NCBI GenBank assembly: GCA_964471075.1
Contig: CAYYET010000001.1
Location: 1-25,809, forward strand
Direction of reading: 5' to 3'
Length of the DNA: 25,809 nucleotides
From: an uncultured Bdellovibrionales bacterium
GTDB lineage: Bacteria; Patescibacteriota; Minisyncoccia; Moranbacterales; UBA1568
Within the stretch, counting starts at the first letter, position 1. The number at the start of each line of letters is the position of its first letter. Both the position numbers and the translations under genes were made by a program. Below, one piece after another: positions 6,747-14,291 of this stretch. Below the pieces are notes generated by a model, which saw only the letters and a list, made by a program, of their open reading frames with translations, was not told the origin of the DNA and made no database searches.

Positions 6747-8853
6747 ACAAAGATTCTTTGAGACGAATACGAGCATCCAAGACACGGAAGCCAGCGCTTT
6801 CTTTGAAAGTGAGAAGAGGGTTGATATCAAGTTCTTCAATTTCTGGAAAATCCTGAACAAGAAGAGATAAACGACCAATAGCTTCAACCAGGGCTTCCAT
6901 ATCGATACCTTCTTTACCCCGCGTTCCCTGAAGCATGGGAAGACCCTTAAGTTCCATGAGCATTTCTTGAGCGTCTTCTTTGGTCAGGGGAGCAAAGCGA
7001 AACGAGACATCTTTGAAGACTTCTACAAAAATTCCTCCTAGGCCAACCATGAGCAGTTTACCGAGTCCTGGTTCATTCTTCAGGCCGAGAATAATCTCTT
7101 TTCCGCCTGTTTGAGCCATTTCTACCATGAGCGCTCCTTCCAGGCGTGCTTCGGGAACTTTTTCTTTGACCCGGCTGAGAAGTTCTTCATACTTTGCTCC
7201 TGCTTCTTCTTTCGTAACATTTAAGAGTACCCCTCCCGCGTCAGACTTGTGCGTGATATCAGGGGAAATAATCTTGAGAGCGCATGGACCAGAAAAACCT
7301 TTGATGGCTTCAGTGGCTTCTTCTGTACTGTGGACCACGGTACTTTTGAGAAAACGAAATCCGTAAGCAGAGAGAATATCCCACACCTCAGTTTCATAGA
7401 GAGTGCTGCGGCCGCGTTCTCGAACGTTCCTCATAACTCTTCGAGCACTTTCTTCATCAATATCATTAAAAGAAAAAGGTGTGGCGAGTTGGGTAGTGCG
7501 CCACTTGGTCAGTGTAGCCATGGCAGCCAAAGCTCGAGCTCCTGCTTCTGGATAGGTGACCGTGGCGACATTTTTTTCCTTGAGTACGGAGAGTCCTGGC
7601 TCCAAAGCTTCTTTTCCTGAGAAAACAGCCAAAAGTGGCTTGCCAAAGTGATTCTTAGTATTGACAATAGCCTCGGCTGTTTCCTTGGCTTCGGTCATGG
7701 CCTGAGGAGTGACAATGACCATCAGCATATCTACCCCAGGATCATGAGCCAGTGTTTCCAAGGCTAGTGTGTAACGATCAGAAAGAGCATCGCCGAGAAC
7801 ATCGACAGGATTACGCTTACTGGCTGCCGCAGGCAAGACCTGTAATTTCTCGACTGATTCGGGAGAGAGTGTAGCAATTTCCAGACCAGCGCTCACTGCT
7901 GCATCCGTGGCCAAAACTCCTAAGCCTCCCGCATTGGTGATAATTCCCAGACGCTTTCCTTGTGGGAGGGGGTTATGAGAAAAAACATGAAGGAGATTCG
8001 TGAGATGTTCAAGATCTTCCGCTCGAAGAATACGAGACTGAGTAAAGAGAGCTTGATAGGCCGCATCACTCCCAGCCAGCGCCCCGGTATGAGAACTTGA
8101 GGCAGCTGTCCCAGCACTGGTTCTTCCTGATTTTAGAGCGATCAAAGGCTTAGGTTCAGGACGAGCTAAGATGGCACGACCGCATTCAATAATTTTTTCT
8201 GCCTTACTGATGCCTTCGCTGTAAAAAGAAATAACATGCGTGTCTTTGTCTTGGGCGAGGAAGCCCAAAAGCTCTTCTTCCCCAACTACGGCCTTATTCC
8301 CATCACTAATGAAGAAAGAAAAGCCGAGGGTATCCGAAGCGAGATCCAGAAGGGCAGTGCAGAGGGCTCCACTTTGTGAGAAGAAAGCGATATTCCCAGG
8401 CTTGGGCATGCTTTTGGCAAAAGAGGCATTCAGGCCCACTTGAGGATGAAGAAAGCCGAGACAGTTTGGTCCGAGAATGGCAATGTCATATTCTTTAGCG
8501 ATTCGGATAATTTCTTGCTCCAAAGCTTTCCCTGCCTCTCCTGTTTCTTTGAACCCGGAAGAAATAATTACCGCTCCCCGCACACCTTTTTCTCCGGCTT
8601 CACGTAAAGCCTCTGGAACAAAAGCAGCGGGAATGATGATGATGGCCAGCTCTACCTCGTCTTTGATATCGGCGATGTTTTTGTAACAGGGCAGCCCAAA
8701 GAGCATATCTGCTTTGGGGTTTACCGGGTATACTTTTCCGGTATAACCATGATGGAGTAGATTCTCTGTGAGGCTATTGCCGACGCTTCCTGGTTTGGTA
8801 GAAGCGCCAATAACAGCTATAGAACGGGGGGAAAAGAGTGACGGAAGATGCAT
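6745..8853 (-). CDS. Acetate--CoA ligase (ADP-forming), fused alpha/beta (NDP-forming acyl-CoA synthetase)
   Basis: CoA-binding SPRSIAVIGAS, GPNCLG, SQSGAL, phospho-His motif SSHTGALAG, NPVD, C-terminal ATP-grasp (HKSDAGGV, ELDINP). No GNAT domain. Confidence 0.9.
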   Translation of the reverse strand: MHLPSLFSPRSIAVIGASTKPGSVGNSLTENLLHHGYTGKVYPVNPKADMLFGLPCYKNIADIKDEVELAIIIIPAAFVPEALREAGEKGVRGAVIISSGFKETGEAGKALEQEIIRIAKEYDIAILGPNCLGFLHPQVGLNASFAKSMPKPGNIAFFSQSGALCTALLDLASDTLGFSFFISDGNKAVVGEEELLGFLAQDKDTHVISFYSEGISKAEKIIECGRAILARPEPKPLIALKSGRTSAGTAASSSHTGALAGSDAAYQALFTQSRILRAEDLEHLTNLLHVFSHNPLPQGKRLGIITNAGGLGVLATDAAVSAGLEIATLSPESVEKLQVLPAAASKRNPVDVLGDALSDRYTLALETLAHDPGVDMLMVIVTPQAMTEAKETAEAIVNTKNHFGKPLLAVFSGKEALEPGLSVLKEKNVATVTYPEAGARALAAMATLTKWRTTQLATPFSFNDIDEESARRVMRNVRERGRSTLYETEVWDILSAYGFRFLKSTVVHSTEEATEAIKGFSGPCALKIISPDITHKSDAGGVLLNVTKEEAGAKYEELLSRVKEKVPEARLEGALMVEMAQTGGKEIILGLKNEPGLGKLLMVGLGGIFVEVFKDVSFRFAPLTKEDAQEMLMELKGLPMLQGTRGKEGIDMEALVEAIGRLSLLVQDFPEIEELDINPLLTFKESAGFRVLDARIRLKESL

Positions 8854-8944
8854 AAAAGAAATTGGATTTTATTTTTTAAAAAGGGCCTCAAAAAATGGCC
8901 AAGATTGAGGGTAAAAAACCACGAAATAGAGCCAAAACATCCCT

Positions 8945-8995
8945 ATTATAAACCAAAATCTTCCCCTTGACAAAAATGCTCAAATTTGCTACGAT
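8945..8995. promoter_or_regulatory. Back-to-back sigma70 promoters with overlapping -35 boxes
   Basis: Plus strand: TTGACA (8967-8972)-N17-TACGAT (8990-8995) with TGn. Minus strand: TTGTCA (8973-8968)-N17-TATAAT (8950-8945). Confidence 0.75.
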
Positions 8996-9026
8996 AGAGG
9001 GTCTAAAAATTCATGAGATAAATCGT

Positions 9027-9983
9027 ATGGACATTCGAAAGTTTTGGCTTTCTCGCGAGGTATTGCTGGGATTAACGCTCAGCGTGTTTATCATTGCTCC
9101 TTTGGTAGCCTTTGGAGGACATGATGATATCTATGTTGATGAAGATGCTGATGGTACCCAAACCGGAAGCGAGCTTCATCCATATCATACCATCTCTGAA
9201 GCTTTGAAACATGCTCACGAAGGTGACTATGTGCACATTGCCAAGGGTAAGTACAATGAAAATATTACTATTCCGGAAGGGGTAAAGCTCTTTGGTCGCA
9301 AGCAAGACAAGGGTGATGTGATTATTCGCTCTGACAATGATGATAAGGCTACGGTGACTATGCATCATCAGAGTGAATTGAACTATTTGACGATTGAAGA
9401 AGGTCGTCATGGTGTTCGTATCGACGAAGATGCCAAAGCCAAACTCTACAAAGTAGTGATCAAGGGCAGTGATCGTGATGGTGTCCATATTGATTCTGCT
9501 CCTCGTGATGAAAAGCACCGTGCGTTACTTGACTCTGTGGAAATTTCAGGAAGCAAGCGTGCTGGTGTGTACTCTGAACGCCGTGACCTGGTAATTATCA
9601 ACAGTGATATCCATAACAATGCCAGTGATGGTGTGGATTTGGCCGCTGGTATGGAGGCTTGGTTTGAACACAACCGCATTAGCAGCAACGGTGGAAGCGG
9701 TATCAAGGCAGTTCTCGACGGTGCTTCTGTGTGGAGTAAGTCTAATAGCATCCGGAGCAACGCTCGTGAAGGAGTGGAAGTAAATGCGTATGGTGCTGCT
9801 GGAAACGTTGGTTTGAAGAAGGCTGATTTGATTGGTAATGGTCGTTATGGAGTGGCTCGTGTTGCTCGTACGGCTAATGCCTGGAACACCTTTGGTGGTA
9901 TCATTTATGGTACCGATGTGAATGCCAATCGTATTGAAGGAAACCATGTCGGAGGAATTTCTCCTGTGATTCGTGGTTTCTAA
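9027..9983 (+). CDS. Exported right-handed parallel beta-helix protein (pectin-lyase-like, DUF1565-type N-terminus)
   Basis: N-terminal hydrophobic segment, IYVD...GSELHPYHTISEAL..A..GD.VHIAKGKY.E, and repeated N/G-rich PbH1-like units. The track's TTG start at 8967 coincides with the -35 box, so ATG 9027 is preferred. Confidence 0.8.
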   Translation: MDIRKFWLSREVLLGLTLSVFIIAPLVAFGGHDDIYVDEDADGTQTGSELHPYHTISEALKHAHEGDYVHIAKGKYNENITIPEGVKLFGRKQDKGDVIIRSDNDDKATVTMHHQSELNYLTIEEGRHGVRIDEDAKAKLYKVVIKGSDRDGVHIDSAPRDEKHRALLDSVEISGSKRAGVYSERRDLVIINSDIHNNASDGVDLAAGMEAWFEHNRISSNGGSGIKAVLDGASVWSKSNSIRSNAREGVEVNAYGAAGNVGLKKADLIGNGRYGVARVARTANAWNTFGGIIYGTDVNANRIEGNHVGGISPVIRGF

Positions 9984-10025
9984 CGAAACTCTTTTCGAGT
10001 TCTCTTAACCTCATCTGCTGTGGCT

Positions 10026-11189
10026 ATGAAAATTGCTTTCATCGGGCAAAAGGGTATTCCTGCTATTGCCGGCGGTGTTGAAAAACACGTCGAGAAGCTT
10101 TCTACTCGTCTGGCAGCAGAGGGACACGAGGTTTTTGTGTATGTGCGATCGCATTACACACCTCGAACGAAAGAATCATTCGAGGGAGTGAAGTTGGTTC
10201 ATGTCCCAACGATTCATACCAAGCACTTGGATGCCATCTCACATACTTTCTTTGCTACGCTTCATGCGTTGTTTCAGCCATATGATGTGATTCATTATCA
10301 GTCTATTGGTCCTAGTATCCTTTCGATTCTTCCTCGTCTCTTAAAGCCAAAAGCTCGAGTAGTAGCGACGTTTCATAGTCGTGACTATACCCATAAGAAG
10401 TGGGGTTTCTTGGCGCGTACCTTTCTGCACATTGCAGAATATATTACTTGTACCGTACCAGAGCGCACGATTGTTTCTAGTGAAACATTGATTGAATATG
10501 CCAAGGAACGTTATAACCGTGATGTAACCTTTATTCCCAGTGGTGCCGAAGTGACCTATGAAAGTGATACTGAAGCACTGGCTCAGTTTGGTTTGCGTCC
10601 GAAGCGTTATCTTTTGGCTGTGCATCGTTTGGTACCTCACAAGGGAACGCACTATTTGATCAAGGCTTTCAAGGAATTGGAAGATACCAATCGTCTCCCG
10701 AACAACTTCAAGTTAGTGATTGTGGGAGCCAATGCCAATACGGAGGAATACGAAGCGTTTTTGAAACACCTGTGTGTCGGTCGGCCAAATATTCTTTTGG
10801 TAGGTGAACAAACAGGAAAAATCTTGGAAACACTCTATTCCCATGCCTATTTGTATGTTCAGCCTTCTGAGCAGGAAGGTTTGTCACTGGCGCTTCTGGA
10901 AGCTATGGGTCATGGACTCTTGCCTTTGGTCAGTGACATTGAACCGCATAAAGAAGCCGTAGCCAATACTGGTGCGTTCTTTCCCGTAAAGAGTGTTGAA
11001 GGATTGAAGAAAGAACTGGCGTACTTCGTGAATCGCAGTGATGAAGTAGCTGCTTTAGGGAAAGCGGCTCAGGAACGGGTACATGAGCACTACAGCTGGG
11101 AAGCCAGTGCCAAAAAAACGCTTGAAGTATATCAGGATGTGATGAATCACAACATGAAAGAACACTATGCCTCTTTCCGCAGCAAGTAA
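10026..11189 (+). CDS. Glycosyltransferase family 4 (GT-B)
   Basis: MKIAFIGQKGIPAIAGGVEKHV, HRLVPHKG, PSEQEGLSLALLEAMG. Confidence 0.9.
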   Translation: MKIAFIGQKGIPAIAGGVEKHVEKLSTRLAAEGHEVFVYVRSHYTPRTKESFEGVKLVHVPTIHTKHLDAISHTFFATLHALFQPYDVIHYQSIGPSILSILPRLLKPKARVVATFHSRDYTHKKWGFLARTFLHIAEYITCTVPERTIVSSETLIEYAKERYNRDVTFIPSGAEVTYESDTEALAQFGLRPKRYLLAVHRLVPHKGTHYLIKAFKELEDTNRLPNNFKLVIVGANANTEEYEAFLKHLCVGRPNILLVGEQTGKILETLYSHAYLYVQPSEQEGLSLALLEAMGHGLLPLVSDIEPHKEAVANTGAFFPVKSVEGLKKELAYFVNRSDEVAALGKAAQERVHEHYSWEASAKKTLEVYQDVMNHNMKEHYASFRSK

Positions 11190-12201
11190 CAATTTTTTTC
11201 CTCGCACGCTGTGGCGCTCCTTTCTGGTGACGCTCGTTTTTGTGATGCTTGCATCCTTTTTGTTTTGGCTAGATTCTTTTCGGGCCTACCAAAGCGAAAT
11301 CCGTGTCTTGGTTTTGGCAAAGTCTCCGACACTAGAAGCGGATCAAGTGGTGGAAAACTTTACTGAACTTTCGAAAACCCTTTCTTTTTATGATCGTGTT
11401 CTTCAGGGAACCGATCTGCTGGATGATGAATTTGAAGGCTATTCGCCTGATCAGCGTCGAGCTCTGTGGAATGACATGGTCAGTGTTGAGCGTAGTGACA
11501 AAAGTGGCGTCCTGATCATTACCGCTCGGAAGGAACGATCAGAACAAGCCAAACTTCTTTCAGAAGAAACAAGTAAGGCATTGCTTTCTGTTGCTTCGTT
11601 TTATTATAATGTGAAGACAGATATCGACTTGCGTATTGTGGAAGGACCGATTGTGAGTACCACGATCACTCATCCATGGCGCTATGCTGCGACCAGCGTG
11701 ATGAGTGCTTTGGGAGTGACAGGTGCCTTCTTTCTGATCTTGTCACTTCTGCCAGCTCTTTTTGGAAAAAAGACTCAGATTCCAAAGCAAACGTTTCATA
11801 TTGGTGAAACGGTGCCCCTCATTGATCCCAAGAAATTTGTTCCTGCTCGTCCTACTAACCTGACTTTTGAGTCAGTACCAGAAGAAACTCCTGAATTGAT
11901 TGAAGAAGAGAAAGCGTCTTCCTTCGAAGAGGAAAAACTAGTTACCAATGAACGAATGCTTCCGGGAATGGATATTACCGAGCTTCCTTTTGAGTTCGAA
12001 GATACTTCTCGCGAAGAATCAGCTGAAGTTCCTGAGGGGGAAATATTTACCGAAACTATAGAGGAACCTGTTATTCTTGAAGAACTTCCGGTAGTTCAAA
12101 TGGAAGAAAAACAAGAACAGACGGCTCCTGAAGAGCCACGTGAGCCAACGATCGAAGAATACAAACGTCGTTTGAATGAACTTTTGGCTGGGGGACGCTA
12201 A
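11167..12201 (+). CDS. Wzz/CpsC-like polysaccharide co-polymerase with long acidic C-terminal tail
   Basis: Two TM segments flank an extracytoplasmic domain (AYQSEIRVLV after TM1, helix, then PIV..P before TM2), followed by a Glu/Pro-rich tail. Confidence 0.6.
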   Translation: MPLSAASNNFFPRTLWRSFLVTLVFVMLASFLFWLDSFRAYQSEIRVLVLAKSPTLEADQVVENFTELSKTLSFYDRVLQGTDLLDDEFEGYSPDQRRALWNDMVSVERSDKSGVLIITARKERSEQAKLLSEETSKALLSVASFYYNVKTDIDLRIVEGPIVSTTITHPWRYAATSVMSALGVTGAFFLILSLLPALFGKKTQIPKQTFHIGETVPLIDPKKFVPARPTNLTFESVPEETPELIEEEKASSFEEEKLVTNERMLPGMDITELPFEFEDTSREESAEVPEGEIFTETIEEPVILEELPVVQMEEKQEQTAPEEPREPTIEEYKRRLNELLAGGR

Positions 12202-12218
12202 TCTCTTATCTCGCCAAT

Positions 12219-13592
12219 ATGAAACAACCTTCAAAGAAACTGTGGTTTGTCTTTATAACAGTCTCTCTCTTGTTTCTGACAGGCTGGTTTATCTTTTGGC
12301 AGGTAAAAACTCATGGCTTAGATAGCTTGAAGCGTTTGTTAGGGCTTCTGCCGGTGAGTGAAGAAACGAGGACCGAACTTGATACGGTAATTTCTCTCGC
12401 TGATTCTCTTCTGTATACGAACGGTGAAGAAAAAGTTTTCCTCATCCTTTTCCAAAACAACATGGAACTCCGACCGGGAGGCGGCTTCATTGGCTCTTTT
12501 GGTATTCTCAAAGTCCGTGATGGTCATATTACTCATTTTGCGACGCATGATACGGGAAACTTTGACGGCCGTATTCCTGATACTGTTGCTCCTCCGTATC
12601 CAATGAAAGAAACGCTCAAGATCCCTTCATGGAAATTCCGTGATTCTAACTATTCTCCTGATTTTTCGGAGAATGCCAAGTGGGCTGAGGACTTTTACCA
12701 CATGGGGCAGGGGCAGGAACAGTTTGATGGCGTCGTGGCGATTACCACGAACGTCCTTTCTTCCTTCTTGCGTATTACGGGTCCCGTAGAAATCGAAGGT
12801 TATCCAGGAACGTATGATGCTGATAATGCTGTGTTGGATCTGGAACAACAGGTAGAGCAAGACTATGTGAAGCAAGGTATTGCCTTTGGTGAACGCAAAT
12901 CCGTGATGGGTCTTTTGGGCTTAGAAATTTTGCACCGAGTGAAAGCCTTGCCTCTAACAAAGCAGTATGAGCTCTTTCAGGCAGCTTTGGAAGATCTGAA
13001 CCGTAAGGATATTCAGCTGCTCTTTAAAGATGAGACACTACAGGATGAGGTAGTGAACGCTGGCTGGGATGGACGACTGGATGGTACCTGGAAAGATGAC
13101 TATCTCCTCCTCGTTGATGCCAACCTCAACTCTTTCAAAAGTGACTACTTCGTGAAGCGCACCTATCACTATACCGTAGATCTGACGAAGGAGGCGCCAG
13201 AAGTAGAGCTGACGGTCAACTATAACCATACAGCCAAGGAAAAAACTTGGTTTACCAAGGATTACCAGTCATATCTGCGGGTCTATGTACCAGAAGGGAG
13301 TTTCCTTACTGAAGTGACGGGAAATACTTCGTTACCTGTAACCTTTGGTCAGTTCCTGAATAAAAAATATTTTGGTGTGCTAGTACAGGTTCCTTTGGGA
13401 ACACAAAAAACAGTGGTGTTTCACTACACATTACCAAAAGGCCTGGAAAAAACATGGTATGATTTGAAGGTAGAAAAACAGCCTGGACTCAATGACGTGC
13501 CAGTAGAGGTGACAGTGATTAAGCCGGATGGTTCGAAAGAAGAAAAGAATTTTATCCTGAATAGAAATACCGTGTTGAGTGAAGTGGAATAA
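12219..13592 (+). CDS. DUF4012 domain membrane-anchored surface protein
   Basis: N-terminal TM, ILFQNNMELRPGGGFIG, FRDSNYSPDF, DGVVAIT, DANL...KSD, YLRVYVP.G, QPG motifs. Confidence 0.8.
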   Translation: MKQPSKKLWFVFITVSLLFLTGWFIFWQVKTHGLDSLKRLLGLLPVSEETRTELDTVISLADSLLYTNGEEKVFLILFQNNMELRPGGGFIGSFGILKVRDGHITHFATHDTGNFDGRIPDTVAPPYPMKETLKIPSWKFRDSNYSPDFSENAKWAEDFYHMGQGQEQFDGVVAITTNVLSSFLRITGPVEIEGYPGTYDADNAVLDLEQQVEQDYVKQGIAFGERKSVMGLLGLEILHRVKALPLTKQYELFQAALEDLNRKDIQLLFKDETLQDEVVNAGWDGRLDGTWKDDYLLLVDANLNSFKSDYFVKRTYHYTVDLTKEAPEVELTVNYNHTAKEKTWFTKDYQSYLRVYVPEGSFLTEVTGNTSLPVTFGQFLNKKYFGVLVQVPLGTQKTVVFHYTLPKGLEKTWYDLKVEKQPGLNDVPVEVTVIKPDGSKEEKNFILNRNTVLSEVE

Positions 13593-13600
13593 AACGCTAG

Positions 13601-13684
13601 CTTCGGAGGCGAATTCTCCGAGGCAGTAGCAAAGGGGTATCAAAGGCATGTGCGTATGTTGGTCTGATGCCCCTTGGCTACTGC
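13601..13684. repeat. Tandem inverted repeats including a 20-bp imperfect stem
   Basis: CTTCGGAG/CTCCGAGG (13601-13623). GCAGTAGCAAAGGGGTATCA (13623-13642) pairs with TGATGCCCCTTGGCTACTGC (13665-13684) with one mismatch and one G.U. No U-tract follows. Confidence 0.8.
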
Positions 13685-13700
13685 TCCTACTGGTGCAGCG

Positions 13701-13754
13701 GTTCTTTGTAAACGTTTCTGTCCCAACCAACGAAAGCGCTATGCGCGAGGAGAT
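13701..13754 (+). promoter_or_regulatory. boxA-like element + SD leader (copy 2)
   Basis: GTTCTTT (13701-13707)-gtaa-ACGTTTC (13712-13718). TTTC/GAAA pairing (13715-13735). CGAGGAGAT (13746-13754). Confidence 0.55.
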
Positions 13755-13758
13755 AGCC

Positions 13759-14208
13759 GTGAGTCAGTATGTTCTCCTATACATTGTTGCCGTCTTTCTG
13801 GCGGTATGTGCTTGCCTGGCCTACCCCATGGGTGAGCGCAAGGACATGAAAGAGCAATTCGAAGGGTCCAGGTCGTACTGCAAACCAAGAATCCTTCGCT
13901 GGCAGTTCCATGCTTACTGCTTCGTTCGAGCGATCCTGGTCCTTGGATTGAATCTCTTGCTCATCAAGGTGGTGGCGCTCGGTAAGCTTTCAGCAGGAAA
14001 CTGTTGGCTGCTTTTTCTGCTTGAAGGCGTGTTGCTCATTGGGCTCTACAACTTCATGCTTTTGAGGTATCGGCGTGATGCAAGGGATCATCTGGCGATG
14101 CACAGAACCTGTCCGAGGGATGAGCTGCCGCCGCCGCGTCCGCGCAGAACTGGAGAGATCCTCTTGGTAGGAGTTGCCGAAGAGATGTATGAAGGCCCTC
14201 GTTCTTAG
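13759..14208 (+). CDS. Membrane hypothetical protein (ORFan, about 3 TM, 149 aa)
   Basis: GTG at 13759 follows SD GAGGAG (13747-13752). The track start at 13648 lies inside the long inverted repeat. Three hydrophobic segments; GC above the flanks. Confidence 0.65.
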   Translation: MSQYVLLYIVAVFLAVCACLAYPMGERKDMKEQFEGSRSYCKPRILRWQFHAYCFVRAILVLGLNLLLIKVVALGKLSAGNCWLLFLLEGVLLIGLYNFMLLRYRRDARDHLAMHRTCPRDELPPPRPRRTGEILLVGVAEEMYEGPRS

Positions 14209-14221
14209 AGGGTGTTAGCAG

Positions 14222-14258
14222 AAGGCTTTAGGAATCATCCTAGAGCCTTTTTTCTTTT
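14222..14258 (+). terminator. Intrinsic terminator
   Basis: AAGGCTTTAGGA-atca-TCCTAGAGCCTT followed by TTTTCTTTT. Confidence 0.85.
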
Positions 14259-14261
14259 GTA

Positions 14262-14270
14262 TGTTAAAAT
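14262..14270 (+). promoter_or_regulatory. Extended -10 promoter for trmD-ftsW-mur genes
   Basis: TGT-TAAAAT (TGn + -10). No recognisable -35. Confidence 0.45.
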
Positions 14271-14291
14271 AGGGTATTGTAATGAAAAATC

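Noticed and set aside
7249-7620. Long antisense or alternate-frame ORFs (also 3247-3741, 9072-9518, 9546-9947, 21224-21784, 6062-6610 and others)
   Set aside because: They are shadows of well-supported genes, with no motifs or initiation signals and with Ser/His/Phe-rich composition typical of reverse frames.
6745-8853. Possible Pat/YfiQ protein lysine acetyltransferase
   Set aside because: There is no GNAT domain and the catalytic His is intact, which fits an active NDP-forming ligase.
9013-9021. Mini-ORF ATG-AGA-TAA upstream of the beta-helix gene; similar MKNHAF* at 14282 overlapping the trmD start
   Set aside because: Such short ORFs are expected by chance in AT-rich leaders, and there is no supporting signal.
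13648-13758. ORF-track start at 13648
   Set aside because: It lies within the 20-bp inverted repeat and has no SD. GTG 13759 follows GAGGAG.
13590-14260. Integron cassette interpretation of the ORFan
   Set aside because: No matching RYYYAAC...GTTRRRY pair brackets a hairpin (GTTAGCA at 14214 has no partner) and there is no intI in the window. Kept only as a test in the findings.
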